Origin: Curvularia clavata | Taxonomy: Eukaryota | Length of the DNA: 64,000 nt | Direction: 5' to 3' | Assembly: GCA_023920165.1 (NCBI GenBank) | Contig: CP089279.1 | Coordinates: forward strand, 2,046,001-2,110,000 | Part shown: positions 35,933 to 47,849 of the stretch, one piece after another | Layout of the letters: each line of letters opens with the position of its first letter | How positions within the stretch are numbered: position 1 is the stretch's first letter | Notes under the pieces: generated by a model | What the model was told of the DNA's origin: nothing | Database searches by the model: none | What the model saw: the letters and a program-made list of their open reading frames with translations, nothing else | Made by a program: the position numbers and the translations under genes

Positions 35933-37549
35933 ATGCCCGACAACGATCAGTATCGGCGAGCCGTGCAAGACAGAGTAGAGGAACTGCTTTCTAAACGCCA
36001 CAACACAAGTCCATCCCAGCTTCTTGTCGAAGCAATGGTTGGGGGTATGAAGCTTTATCTGAGTTACAAAGAGCAGGGGAAAGAGGAACAAAGGAAGAAA
36101 CAGGAGAGTGACGAGAAGAGGGGGCAGGGGCGACACAGGAAGGAGAGCCACATGGATGAGAAAGAGAAATACGGGCATCGGAGGCGACATAAACGCACAC
36201 ATGGTGAGAGAAGTGACGGGTCAAAGAATGGGCGCCGGCACCAGCATCGTGGCCGATCGCGTAATAGGGGCCATAGACGACAACGCGATGTTTCGCACGG
36301 CAGGCATTGTTCTAGCTCACAGGACAAGTACAATGGTGTGTCTTCGAGAGTGCATCACGACAGGTCCAGGTCCAGAGATGGCGGCTCGAATCATCGCCAA
36401 AGAGACGAAACCGACAACGTGCACGACTCGATAACAACATCCATAGAAGAGAGTGGCCTAATGAGTGGCGCAAATGGGTATCAAACCTTGGCAGAAGATC
36501 TGATTTCTCGGTCACACCCTCATTCTGTGTCGGATCAAGGAAGAGCCGTTTTGAATCCCAGGACAACTCCAGCACTTGATCAACTGGAAACAAATGCGCT
36601 CAGAATCCATTCCCGGGAGTATACTCGATCCCCTGAGCTTGACCGCGCTCCTGGGTTGAAAACCAGGAGGGTGATAAAGCCCCATAATACCCATCAGCGG
36701 GGTGGAGAGAAGAACCCACCGTCTCGCTATCAATCTTCAGCCCACCAAAGACATTCAGTTACTTGGGCTGAAAAGTCTGGTGCATCTCAATCTTCTGTGC
36801 AGCAACGAGATCCGGACGGTACCCCATTTGGCAGCCTACCCAGATACGAATCCAAAGCAGGTATAGCTCTCGGGCTCCATGATTATTTTGTGAACACTTA
36901 CAAACAGATCAAAGCTGAGCAAGACGCTGGCTACAGGACCAAAGGGTTGATCGAAAAAGTACTGGAGGGGACAAGGATGAAGTGGCCAGACGGAAAGACG
37001 AACAAAGGCAAGCCAGGTCCTGATCGAAAAGCGCCTCAGCAGTATCCAAGAGAAGGAGAGCATAGAGACAATAACGATAAAGTTAGACTCATGCACGCTC
37101 AACCAAACGCCGTTCACATTGATGATACAAGCGCTCCTCCTATGGAAGAGCCTCATTCTCCAGCGGAGCCAGAGATGAATTCTGGGACTTCATGTCCGAT
37201 CATGGCACATGCACCATTACCATTACCACGACCACTCCTAGCGAGAGATGCCAACAAGGCAAGAACTGCCCTTCTCGACTCCATCCAAGCGGGGGTCAGA
37301 CTCTGCAGGGTCGCCTCTCTGGACAAAAAGGACAAGTCTGCAAGCTCCAGCGCCGGGAAGGTCTTGTACAAAGCAACAGAACACAGCCAGGAGGTGGAAG
37401 AGCAAGAGCGAGCTCCAGCAGCTCAAGAAGCACAAGCAGAAGGCGAAACAGACCCAGGGCCGGAGCCGAATAGAGCATTCCGAGAAGACCTATTGAACGC
37501 GCTCGAGGGACGAAAGGCGAGACTAGGTGGTACCAGCCATGCTGCGTAA
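35933..37549 (+). CDS. Hypothetical, largely disordered Arg/His-rich protein with a C-terminal WH2-like actin-binding motif
   Basis: 538-codon uninterrupted ORF. ARTALLDSIQAGVRLCRV...DKS resembles the WH2 consensus RxxLLxxIxxGxxLKKV...DRS. Confidence 0.7.
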   Translation: MPDNDQYRRAVQDRVEELLSKRHNTSPSQLLVEAMVGGMKLYLSYKEQGKEEQRKKQESDEKRGQGRHRKESHMDEKEKYGHRRRHKRTHGERSDGSKNGRRHQHRGRSRNRGHRRQRDVSHGRHCSSSQDKYNGVSSRVHHDRSRSRDGGSNHRQRDETDNVHDSITTSIEESGLMSGANGYQTLAEDLISRSHPHSVSDQGRAVLNPRTTPALDQLETNALRIHSREYTRSPELDRAPGLKTRRVIKPHNTHQRGGEKNPPSRYQSSAHQRHSVTWAEKSGASQSSVQQRDPDGTPFGSLPRYESKAGIALGLHDYFVNTYKQIKAEQDAGYRTKGLIEKVLEGTRMKWPDGKTNKGKPGPDRKAPQQYPREGEHRDNNDKVRLMHAQPNAVHIDDTSAPPMEEPHSPAEPEMNSGTSCPIMAHAPLPLPRPLLARDANKARTALLDSIQAGVRLCRVASLDKKDKSASSSAGKVLYKATEHSQEVEEQERAPAAQEAQAEGETDPGPEPNRAFREDLLNALEGRKARLGGTSHAA

Positions 37550-38002
37550 CCAATCCACGTGTATGGGCTCGCTGAAGTGGCAGACGGATGAGGCCAGGGG
37601 CATACGGAGTACGTAGGAACGGGTGGATCGTGTGTACTGGTAGCCGAGCGGCCCATGCTCCATCACGTCGCGGCCAAGCTCTGGACCGCGCGAGGTGATG
37701 GCGTCCTTCATCCCTATTTCCCCGTGTCATTAGCTTTCTCACTGTTGTGCACATTGCTGTCCTTTTTGTTGTTTTGCTTCTGCCGTTCGTTTGCTTCTGG
37801 CGCCAGCCTTGTTCCCTGTTACGCGCAACTGCCTTGCATCTCCCCACATTGCTCCAATTGGACCCTGTGCTATCATCCAACCGCAAGCCCGCCCGCGCCC
37901 GCTTTACGCCCCCCAACGGCTTCCCCAGTCAACCACCACACGCTACCTCTTCTCCCCTCCCTCTTCCTCTCCCTCTCCTCCCACCCTCGCACAACAGGCA
38001 CA

Positions 38003-38944
38003 ATGCGCGTCTCATCAGGCCTCCTCCTCGCCCTCCCGGCTCTTGCCGCCGCTGAGGAGCAGCAAATCCCCATACTCGACAAGGTCAAGGGCTTCTTCAA
38101 CAAGGCCAGTGCTGCCGTGTCCTCTACCATCTCAGCCTCGATGCCCTCAGCGCCACTCGACACAGCAACCAGCGAGGCCGCCGCAAAGGTTGCAGACGTC
38201 ATCCAGTACCCGCTTACTCTGGAAAACTGGAAAGAGGTTCTGACAGTCGACCCGACTGCCAGCCCGCCCACGACCCAGGACTGGCTCGTCTTCTCCACCG
38301 GCGGTAACAACACATGCTTTGGCATGTGCGGAAACGTCACAAAGGCGTGGAATGTATGTAGACGCGCATTCGCGCCGCGGCGACAAGCGACAAACTAACA
38401 CGTTCTTTTAGGCCTCTCTGCCCTTCATCGCTGCCATGCCCAATGCGCCCAAGTTCGCCTATCTCGACTGCGAAACAGAGGGCGTCCTATGCAACTCGTG
38501 GTCCGTCCACGCCCCAGCGCTGTACTACTTCCAGATCCCCAAGCCGTTGCCCGACCAGTCGGCGCCGATCCCCGTTGCTCGCTACCAGACGTTGAACCGC
38601 ACTACCACGACCACCGAGACCATCAAGAAGCTCATCATCGACAACGACATTAGCAAGGTCGAGCCCTACTGGGGTCACTTCCACCCTTTCAACGGCACCA
38701 TGCAGCAGTACAACCTGGCTGTTCCTTACGGCTACGTCACTTATGGCTTCTCCAAGATGCCCTCGTGGATGCCCATGATTCTCATCTCCTTCCTCAGCAG
38801 GTCTTTCATGTGAGTCGTCGATCGATCCAATGGTGCATACACCAGTCTTAGTGCGCCTAGTGCTGACAATCTTGTAGGAGCAAGCGTATGGCCGGACCCA
38901 CCCCCGCTGAGGCGCGCGCCGCCGCCGCCCGGCGAACACAGTAA
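38003..38944 (+). CDS. Secretory-pathway thioredoxin-like membrane protein (TMX-like); join(38003..38353, 38412..38809, 38878..38944)
   Basis: Signal peptide, LTLENWKEVL, WLVFSTGGNNTCFGMC...WN, FAYLDCETEGVLCNSW, C-terminal hydrophobic segment. Two GT-AG introns with CTAAC/CTGAC branch points. Confidence 0.8.
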
Positions 38945-39514
38945 ATGGACAACTTTTGTCTTGTCATACCCTTGTTGACTGTTGGCTGTGAGTAAAGAGC
39001 AAGTGGGAGGTTTGATTGTTTGGTCCCGCAATGCTGGCACTCTTTGGAAAGAGTGTTCGGTGCGAATATCAATATACCTGCCTTATAATTGGGATGTCTC
39101 TCTTTCCTGGAAACGAATTATGCGTGTCGAGGAAAGGCCGTGTTGTGGTTGTTAGTCTGTTTAGAAGAAGATGAAGAACATAACAGACTGTATAGCAGTA
39201 AAAATGAACCAGACTTTTTTTTTTGGATGCCAATTTGTATTCCAAAAAGGGAAAGCGCATCAATCGCCCTATGATGAATAGTCAAAACAGTCTATGCTCG
39301 TGACATGTACGATTCAAAAACATTTTGTTGAAGTGGCAAAAGATGATGAATGGTTGAACAAAATGATAGTTAAATCCGTCATAGCATTTCGTGCCTCCGC
39401 TTGGTCATGATTGAATATAAAAGAAGAAGAAGAAGAAAGTAGATCCAACATAGCCCTATTTACATCCGTCGCTGACATGTACAAAAAAACACATATGGTC
39501 CAGTAGATAGGCGC

Positions 39515-41637
39515 TCAATTCCGCTGCTGGACACTACTCACAATCGTTGGACCATCGTCTTTTTTCTTCCATTTTTCTTCGTCGGGTTTGCGCTTAGGGT
39601 GGCGATCGGGTGCTGCTTGGTTACCGCGGTGGCTGCCTCGTCCGCGCCAGGGAATACCACCGCCGCTAGCACCACCACCACCACCACCACCACCACCAGC
39701 TCCACCAGCACCGCGTTTTGGTCTTCCCTCCTGCCCTCCGCGACCCCTTCCGACTTGGAATTGTATCCTGGTAAGCGGGTGTTCGACCCAGTCGATCCCC
39801 TTGAGTCCCAGATTACTTTTCTCCCAATCACTCAGTTTCCACGCCTGATACAGTCCCATCAGACGCTGCTGATCGATTTCCTCTTTGCCCGGTCCAATCG
39901 AACGCGTGAGCTTGAGGCCGCGCAGTTCAGGGACCCAAGCCTTGATGTACTCGCCATGCTTGTCGTAGTCAAGGGCCTGCTTGACGGGGTTGAAAATGCG
40001 ACCCTGGCGGGGGTCGTTGCCGACGCCTGCCACATACTGCCAGTTGCCCCAGTTGCTGGCGGGATCGTAGTCGACGAGAAAGCATTCGTACCATTCTGCG
40101 CCGGCGCGCCAGTCAATGTTGAGGTGTGATGAGAGAAAGGAAGCAACGTTTTGCCGCGCGCGGTTCGACGTGTAGCCTGTTACAAAGAGCTCGCGATTCG
40201 AGGCGTCGATGAGACCGACGCCGGTGCGGCCGGAGCGGAAGCGCTCAAAGGCTTCGAGGGTTTTGGCGGGATCGTCGCCAGCGCCTCTTGATTTCTGGAG
40301 TGATTTCCATTTCTTGTCGTGGGAGCCACCAGACTTCCATTTTGCGTCGTCACTTTGGATGCCGTAAATGCTGAACATTTTGTATCCAAACTTGCGCATG
40401 CAAAGACGCATGTAGTCTCGCCATAGCAGTTCGAATCGTACGGCGGCAGTGCCTTCGTTTTCGCCTTTGCCGTAGCCGGGTGCCTTTTCTCCTGGCCCCC
40501 GCCCTTCTTCAAAATCAAACATGGCCCAGTGAACTTGCCGAGCGGTGATGTGACCTTGTGCGAGGTAGGCCGAGATCTTTGTGCTAAAGTCGAGACCAAG
40601 CATGCCGTTTCGTGTTTGTTTGTACGTACTCATTGCTCCTGTTCTGACTAAGTATGCTACTCGCTCCAGACCCGCTGTTTCGCCTCCTGAAAAAGGATGT
40701 GCTGATTGGACGTCGGTCGGCCATATCGGTGGCACTTTGAGGGTATATGTTGGGTCTTTTAGTAATGGAGTGAGTAGAGCCTTCTTTAGTCCGTCCAATG
40801 AGGAAGGAATGGTAAAGGGTGCTTTTTGTGGTGGTATACTTGGGGGTAGGGGAGGGAGTTGTGTGGGGGTGGGTATAGTGTTTCGAGGCCGATCACGCAG
40901 TGGCTCCAAGCCCTTTCGATATGTGGTGTAGACATTAGGCAATTTGGAGATGTCCTCATAGGGCAAATCTCGGCTATTTTGAGTTAGAAAACAAATCATG
41001 GTTTGACGTCATTTTGGGAAGTTGGGTTGGCTTACTCGTCGACGAAATATTTCTCATCGACCCAAATCTTGTAGTCTATTCCACGCGCCTCTGTGAGTTT
41101 TCTCAGGCTGGCTTCGTCATCCTTCTCTTCGGTAGCCACCTCGTCAGTGATCCAAAGTCCGCTAATCTCACCCTCATTCTCGTCCTTGTCGTACCAGTCG
41201 AGTATGTCGGAAACAACATCGGGAATATTTCCGACGCGCATTTCCAAGCCAGTACCGCAATTCAACCCGGCAAGCCTGTCCTTGAGATCCCACACTCCAT
41301 CGGCTATGAAATTTGCGCGGTGAGGGCCGGTCCGCCATACTCGTGCCTGTTGGCTGCGTGCCTCTGGATATGGACAGCGGTCGGAGGGGGAGGAGAGAAA
41401 GCCCGAGACTTCGATCTGGTTGGCTGGAAAGACGAATACGGGTAAAAGGTGGGTGAAATTTGCGCGGCCGTGTTCCGAGGTCAGCGAATCATCGCGATAT
41501 CGCCGATCGGAACTCGACGAAGATTTTGAACTCGGGCGGCTCGTCTGGAGGGATGCAGCGTAGAAGACGGGGTTGTCTGAGAGGCGGACATCGCGGCGCA
41601 GTATGTAGAGAAGGATTCGTGGCACGCTGGGGGACAT
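39515..41637 (-). CDS. cry: Cryptochrome DASH; join(41637..41036, 40973..39515); possible N-terminal extension from ATG 41745
   Basis: RRDVRLSDNP, YKQTRNGMLGLDFSTKISAYLAQG, FELLWRDY, TGYTSNRARQNVASFL, DWRAGAEWYE, DYDPASNWGNWQYVAGVGNDPR, RGG/Gly-rich tail. 62-nt intron 40974-41035. Confidence 0.94.
39669..39698. repeat. (CAC)n trinucleotide repeat encoding poly-Gly in the Cry-DASH tail
   Basis: gcaccaccaccaccaccaccaccaccacca. Confidence 0.85.
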
Positions 41638-43407
41638 AATCGGGGGCGGCTGGCTGTAGGCACTGAATGTGCGTGTTGAGCAAAAGGAACAGAGGAACAA
41701 GTCGCAGGTGTTGCACGGCGGCCAGGAACAGCTACGTCGTAACATCAAGGTTACGATGCATGGAGCGTCGAGTCGAGGAGCAGGGCGAGACTGGCAGAGG
41801 CATGGCAGAGCCCGCGGGCTAGAGCAGAGAGAGGGAGAGGGTAGACAACTAGAGGATGAGCGTCGAGCTTCAGGGCCGGCGGGACGTCATGATCCTATGA
41901 TGGCGACGATTGGAGCTTCACATCGAAATTTCTAGGGCACGAGGCGGCTGGAGCACTAGAGGGAGCCCTAAATGTCATCTGTCAAGCACGCCCGGACAGA
42001 CCCCACTGCAAGGGGTGCAGATGGTCGAAACTGAGGAGATCCGGTTCGAGCTTGGTGATGCTTGCTGCAGCATCGCTGGCCAGGGTTATGACGTGAGGCC
42101 GAGCTAGCGTGCCCGCCACAATCCGCCATGCCTGCGCGCAGCCCTGCTGCAGGGACGCATATCGACCGACTTGGGGACGGGCCGAGCGTTCGTGGGCCTA
42201 CATCGACTGCGATGGGCGTGCTACAATCCAGCAATGGAGCGATCGCGAACCCGCCCGCGCCCACACTACCCAGCCTCTACACCATGTACGCCCATCAATC
42301 TCCAGGCCCGGTGCCACGCACCAGCAGGGGCCGCCAATCGTCCTCCGCCCGACCATCTTTGATCTGATCTCGATACACGTCGATTCGGAGCGGAAATCGT
42401 GTGCAAGGTACCGCGGCATACACACGTGCACCCTAGCCCTATTCGTGGCTGGATACGACATCTGCCTATGTTCCAAGCTTGCCACTTCTTCACCGCTACC
42501 CTTTCCGTCCTGGCTGCCCACGCATTTCCTGTCTAATGCCGCCCCAATATGCTGTCGGGCGCCGTTGCTGTGTGCCGGCGACGCAGCCATGGACTGATTC
42601 TCACCAGAGTCGATACGACACCCCAGTTCGGTATCGAGTGGCTTGGAGTACATATGTACCGAAACAGTGGCCTACCAAGATAACAGACACCACCCAAGCA
42701 AAACCATGGCTGCCACACCCTGGAAGATATCTAGAAAATATCCATCTGCAAAAAAGTCTCGGCGATACTAGTCACAAGATATGACAAGAGGCTCAGCGGG
42801 TCCATTGTTCCATTTTGCTACCCGCGACAGGGCTCTGCTTCCATGGATGACGACTCTCCTGGTGACTCAACCAAACCAACGGTCCGAGACACGGCCTACC
42901 AAACTTGCATATAACGTGTTTTCTTGCAGTAGCCTCTCTGTTCAATACCGTCACCTGTCTGAAAAATGCATGTCTCTCCACAACAGGGCTTCTACAACGG
43001 CCTCGAAATCCGTTTCTTCAACCCGCAACTGACCTCACCCCAACCCCGGTACTCCTAAAGCCTGGACAAGTGGGTACCATCGTACATGCAGGAAAATGGA
43101 ATAATTTCTTATCTTCATCTCCAAGATTTGCCCTAGTCATGAAGGATTCATAAAGGATCACATAAAGTTAAGGATTCAAGCATATGCATGATCTGACCAG
43201 CGGTGAAAGTGCAGACAAGCCTGAATTAGGGAGTGTTTTTTTCTCTGATCGACTTTCTTAATACCCTAGACAACAGATCCCCCCCAATGACGCCATACCC
43301 ATCCTCTTTTAACAAACCCAACATCGGCTCACAGCTGCCGTGCAGATCATAAAACTAAACAAACGGGGAAGCATAACATGTTTGCACCCCTTGTTCCCCG
43401 TCGCCAA

Positions 43408-45208
43408 CTAACACACAGTTCGATACACTCCATCGCTCGTTGGCCGCTGTGCCTTGTGCTTGTGCTCCCTCCTCAAGCCCTTGCTGGCGTGCTGCTTCTC
43501 GACGCTCGGGTTGGCGCCAGGCTGGAAACCCGCAAGGTCGACGGCATCTGTCCTCATAAGCATCTCGGTTATGTTGCAGATATCCGTGACCAGCCTGTCG
43601 ATCATGTCGATTGAGAGACTCTCTCGCACGACTACTCGCAAAATCTCCGTCTTTTCTTCATTCGGTGGGAGCGGGTAGTCTGTTCTGAGTCAGTCTCAGC
43701 TACACACCTACGTACCAGTTTTGATGGTAACTAGTCATGCTGGGGCTAGGGACCCTTACTGGGAATAATGTATTGCTTAGCGCGAAGCAGATTACTGACA
43801 GCTTCTTGCTTGACGTGTGGGAACTCCTTGTGGAACTCATCGGTGAGGGTAAATGCTACGACAGGCAAGCCAGGATTGTAAACCTCACTTGTCGCGCCCT
43901 CTTCGTATTGCTCCTTGCCCTTTGCATACTTGAAATCACCCTTTTTGCGGTGAATGTCGCTAACGCATCGAAACCATCCCTGCGTGTCATGATATCAGCG
44001 GGGGGGTCTGCTTGCTTTGCCTATGTACAATGACGCCGAAGGATTCTTACCGTGTGCTCCAGCGCCCGACTCAGTAAACGGGCATTCGCCAGGGCGTTCT
44101 CCATGATGCTGCGGTATCCTGAGAAGCCAAGATGAATCAGGTTGTAGTACTGCGCAATGACTTGGGCTCCTGGCCGCGAGAAGTTTAGCGTATACGACTC
44201 TTCTGTTCCGCCGAGGTAGTGAAGCTCAAAGATGAGGTGCTTGGGCAGATAGCTCTCATCTCGCCAAATGATCCATCCAACACCGGCGTACACGAGTCCA
44301 AACTTGTGTCCACTTGTGTTTATGGACTTCACACGCGGTAACTCAAAATTCCATTTCTTGCCTGCTTTAGCATGCGTAAAGGGAGCAATGAAACCTCCTG
44401 ATGCTGCATCGACGTGGATCGGAATATCGACACCGGTCTTCTTCTCAAACTCGTCAAGGATATCTGAGATTTCTTCCACAGGCTCGTAGTGTCCGGTGTA
44501 AGTAGAACCCAGGATGACAAAAACACCAATGGTATTCTCGTCGATGTTCTCCTTGACTAACTTGGGATCAAGGCGGTAGGAAGAAGCCTCGGAGACGGGA
44601 AGAATACGCGCCTCGACTTCAAAGTACCTCGCAAACTTCTCCAATGCTACCTGCGCATTGGCGCCCATAATGATGTTGGGCTTGGAAGTATCTTTGCCTT
44701 CGGCCATCCTCTTCTCTTGCCAGCGACGCTTCATGGCGAGACCCCCCAAGTGGATAGCTTCACTAGAGCCAGTGGTGGCGGATCCAATGGCCTTTTCGCC
44801 CTTTTGCACGCCCCATAGGTGGGCAATGATGGATACACAGCGGGCATGCATGTCCATCATTGCTGGGTACTCATCAGCGTCTGACATGTTCTTGGATAGG
44901 TTTTCAATCATGAGCTGCTCAGCTTCTTTCTCCATGAAGGTGCCGACAAAGGAAGCGAGGTTGAGACTCGGCCGTCCATCCAGGTCTAGCTCGTCCTTGA
45001 GGAGCTGGTGAACCACATCCGCAGGAGCTCCATCTTGGGGAATTTTGAACTTGGATAGCTCGGTACCGGCAGCGTATCGACTGGAGTAGGGTGTGACGTG
45101 CGAGGTTGCTCGGTTTGCAGCATGGCGTCCACCGGCCTTGTGTAGCGGGTGGTCTTTGAGCGTCTGCAAGAGCTCTTCCGTGTCAACGTGTCTTGCTAAA
45201 CCGGCCAT
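43408..45208 (-). CDS. GAD1: Glutamate decarboxylase; join(45208..44051, 43979..43760, 43679..43408)
   Basis: LDGRPSLNLASFV, TTGSSEAI, IHVDAASGGF, PLP-lysine motif SINTSGHKFG, LNFSRPG. Introns 43980-44050 and 43680-43759. Confidence 0.95.
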
Positions 45209-46520
45209 ACTGGAGGTTGTGGAGGTGATGTGTAGGTCTTACAGAGGTTCAGGGTGGTTGTACGATTTATATCAGTCAAGCAGAGTTATGGTTTGTCATG
45301 TTTACAACAATGGAGCACACGTATTCAGCACGTGTAGGCATGACGACACAAGCATCCGCTTTTCCATAGTTACACCGGCCACAATGTAGAACGGCCAACA
45401 CGATTGGGCCTCGAAAAGCTTGTCAATGCTTGGTAAAAGCCTGTTTTTAGTTTTCCACGGAGACTACTACTAAGAAAAAAGCCTCATAGCCAATTGCAGT
45501 GTGGTTTCTGAGTTCCACCGCGTGTGGGTTCTGGTAGTAGCGTAGAACAGCAACGTGGAGAGCGTTATTTTTGACATTTCGGCACGCCTAGAGCCGTACC
45601 TTGGAGTGACAGTATCTTGAATTGGATAGACGAATGCATGGTGACGAACGTGCCTAATTCCTGAATAAAAACAACGTCATCACGAATATTTATTCTTCAA
45701 AGATCTGCCCTCGTAACACGGCAGTGACAATATTGACGGTTCCTGGAACTGTTTCCATGCTGTGCACGAATAGGAGTTAAGATCTCCGCAAGGATGTAAG
45801 CCGTACACTGATTATTATGTGCTGACGATGCTTAGAGCTGCGAGTATATTCTTTGGTCAACAAGTTTGACGTCGGCATCGTCGGAAGCACTAGTGCGGGG
45901 AAGCATCTAGCCGACCAAGAGCGTGCAATCACGTGATACCGTCTCTAACCCTCCTCCATTCGGTACATTGCTATGCGAGAATGGATAAGACAAAACGTTT
46001 TTGAAAGCCTCAAACGCCCATTTCAAGTGCCACTGTCTGCTTATGCCTTTTACTAGGAATTGGCGCAATCGGGCACTGCGTGCCGGGGATTGATAGTGGT
46101 GACGTAACGTCAGCGAATCGTCAGCGCGTCGTCGTATGTCTCGTACGCCACCTTGCGGAACGCGGGGAAACAACATGTAGACTGACGCGTCCATTGTTGC
46201 AGCCTGGAAGCGGCGCGCATTCAACTGTCTTCGTAGTACCTCAACGAAGACCTTGGTTCTTGTTGCTGTTTTGTCTGGGACTCTGGTGTTTGACAGTCAC
46301 TGCTCTTTTGTTTCAGCCTTTCGCCAGTACGCCCATCAATTGAATTCCGATTGATTTCGTCCGATTAGGCTGCCGAATACTGTATCTGCCTCAGCGCCAT
46401 CGCTGCGCAGTGGTGTTGTAATCGACTTGTCTATCTCCTAGCTTGTTTCGAAGCTACTTCCAACCTCCCTCCATCTATCCGCCCTCCACCCTTCATCCGC
46501 TATCCTCCAATTAACCCAAC

Positions 46521-47849
46521 ATGCGCTTTTCAAGAGTCGCACCGCTTTTGCCATTGGCATCTGCTTTTGTCCTTCCTGAACCAGAAATCTTCTCCAAGAT
46601 CGAGAAGTCTGGAAAGCAGCTTGCCGACAACACACAGAATATCCTTGGTGATACATTCCGCAGCCTGAAGGACGGTGCAAAGGATGCTTATAGCAAGGTT
46701 GAGCAAGCTGGGTTCGATGTTACGGCATGGTTGGAGAGCGCAGAGTTTGACGGTCCTCACCACGGCAAGCCCCATCATGGCAAACCTCACCACGGCGAAC
46801 CTCATCATGACGAACCTCCTTGCCCACCCAATCGAACAGTGTACGAGCTTATCAACGAGAGCAAGTACACAACGAAGCTGGCCGAGCTGATCAACGAGTA
46901 TGATGATCTCGTTGAATTGCTGAATGGCACCTCGGCAAACTATACGGTCTTTGCACCAACCGATAAGGCCTTTGAGAAGATTCCCGAACATGCCCCCAAA
47001 CCACCCAAGGATTTTTTGAAGAACTTGCTGCTTTACCACGTCACAAACGACCTCTACCCTGCTGGTCGTGTTCTGAAGAGCTACACCATCCCGACTCTAT
47101 ATGAGACCAGCAAGAACCTAGGACATGCTCAGCGCCTGGCTCCCAAAGTCACACTCAAGGGCCCAACACTCAACTACTACAGCCGCATTGTATCTGTAAA
47201 CCACCTTGGAACCAATGGTATCGTCCACGGCGTTGACAACATCCTCGTTCCTCCTCCCAACGTCGCAAGAATCATCACCATGTTCCCTGGTGAATTCAGC
47301 ACTCTGGAGCTTGCTCTCATCCAAACGGGCATCTTCGAAAAGATGAACAACACCGACTACGAGCACAACGGCGGTACCTTTTTCGCTCCAAGCAACTACG
47401 CCTTCAAGAAGCTCGGTCCCCGTGCCAATGCCTTCCTCTTCTCAAAGTACGGCGGAAAGTATCTCAAGGCTCTGCTAGAGTACCACATCGTTGTTGATCA
47501 GACTCTCTACTCTGACGCATTCATCGATGGAACCAAAGATGGTGACGACAAGGCTACCGACATTCACTCATCCCAGTTCCACTATGATCTCCCCACCCTC
47601 TTGTCAGACAAGTACCTTTCTGTCGACGTGGGTCGCTGGGGACCTTTTGTCGAGATCCGAATCAACGGTTTCTCGCGCGTCACTGCTTCCGATGGCGTTG
47701 CATCCGACGGCGTTATTCATGTCGTCTCCAATGTCCTGATCCCACCCAGGAACCCTGGTGGTGACCAAGTCTTCTGGAATGGCGAGGAACTGGAGGTTGA
47801 AGATCTCAAGGAGCGTCTTCAGCCTTTTGTTGACAATATGGAGTTGTAA
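46521..47849 (+). CDS. Secreted fasciclin (two FAS1 domains) protein
   Basis: Signal peptide. FAS1 H1/H2 motifs twice: YTVFAPTDKAF...NGIVHGVDNILVP and TFFAPSNYAF...DGVIHVVSNVLIP. Confidence 0.92.
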   Translation: MRFSRVAPLLPLASAFVLPEPEIFSKIEKSGKQLADNTQNILGDTFRSLKDGAKDAYSKVEQAGFDVTAWLESAEFDGPHHGKPHHGKPHHGEPHHDEPPCPPNRTVYELINESKYTTKLAELINEYDDLVELLNGTSANYTVFAPTDKAFEKIPEHAPKPPKDFLKNLLLYHVTNDLYPAGRVLKSYTIPTLYETSKNLGHAQRLAPKVTLKGPTLNYYSRIVSVNHLGTNGIVHGVDNILVPPPNVARIITMFPGEFSTLELALIQTGIFEKMNNTDYEHNGGTFFAPSNYAFKKLGPRANAFLFSKYGGKYLKALLEYHIVVDQTLYSDAFIDGTKDGDDKATDIHSSQFHYDLPTLLSDKYLSVDVGRWGPFVEIRINGFSRVTASDGVASDGVIHVVSNVLIPPRNPGGDQVFWNGEELEVEDLKERLQPFVDNMEL

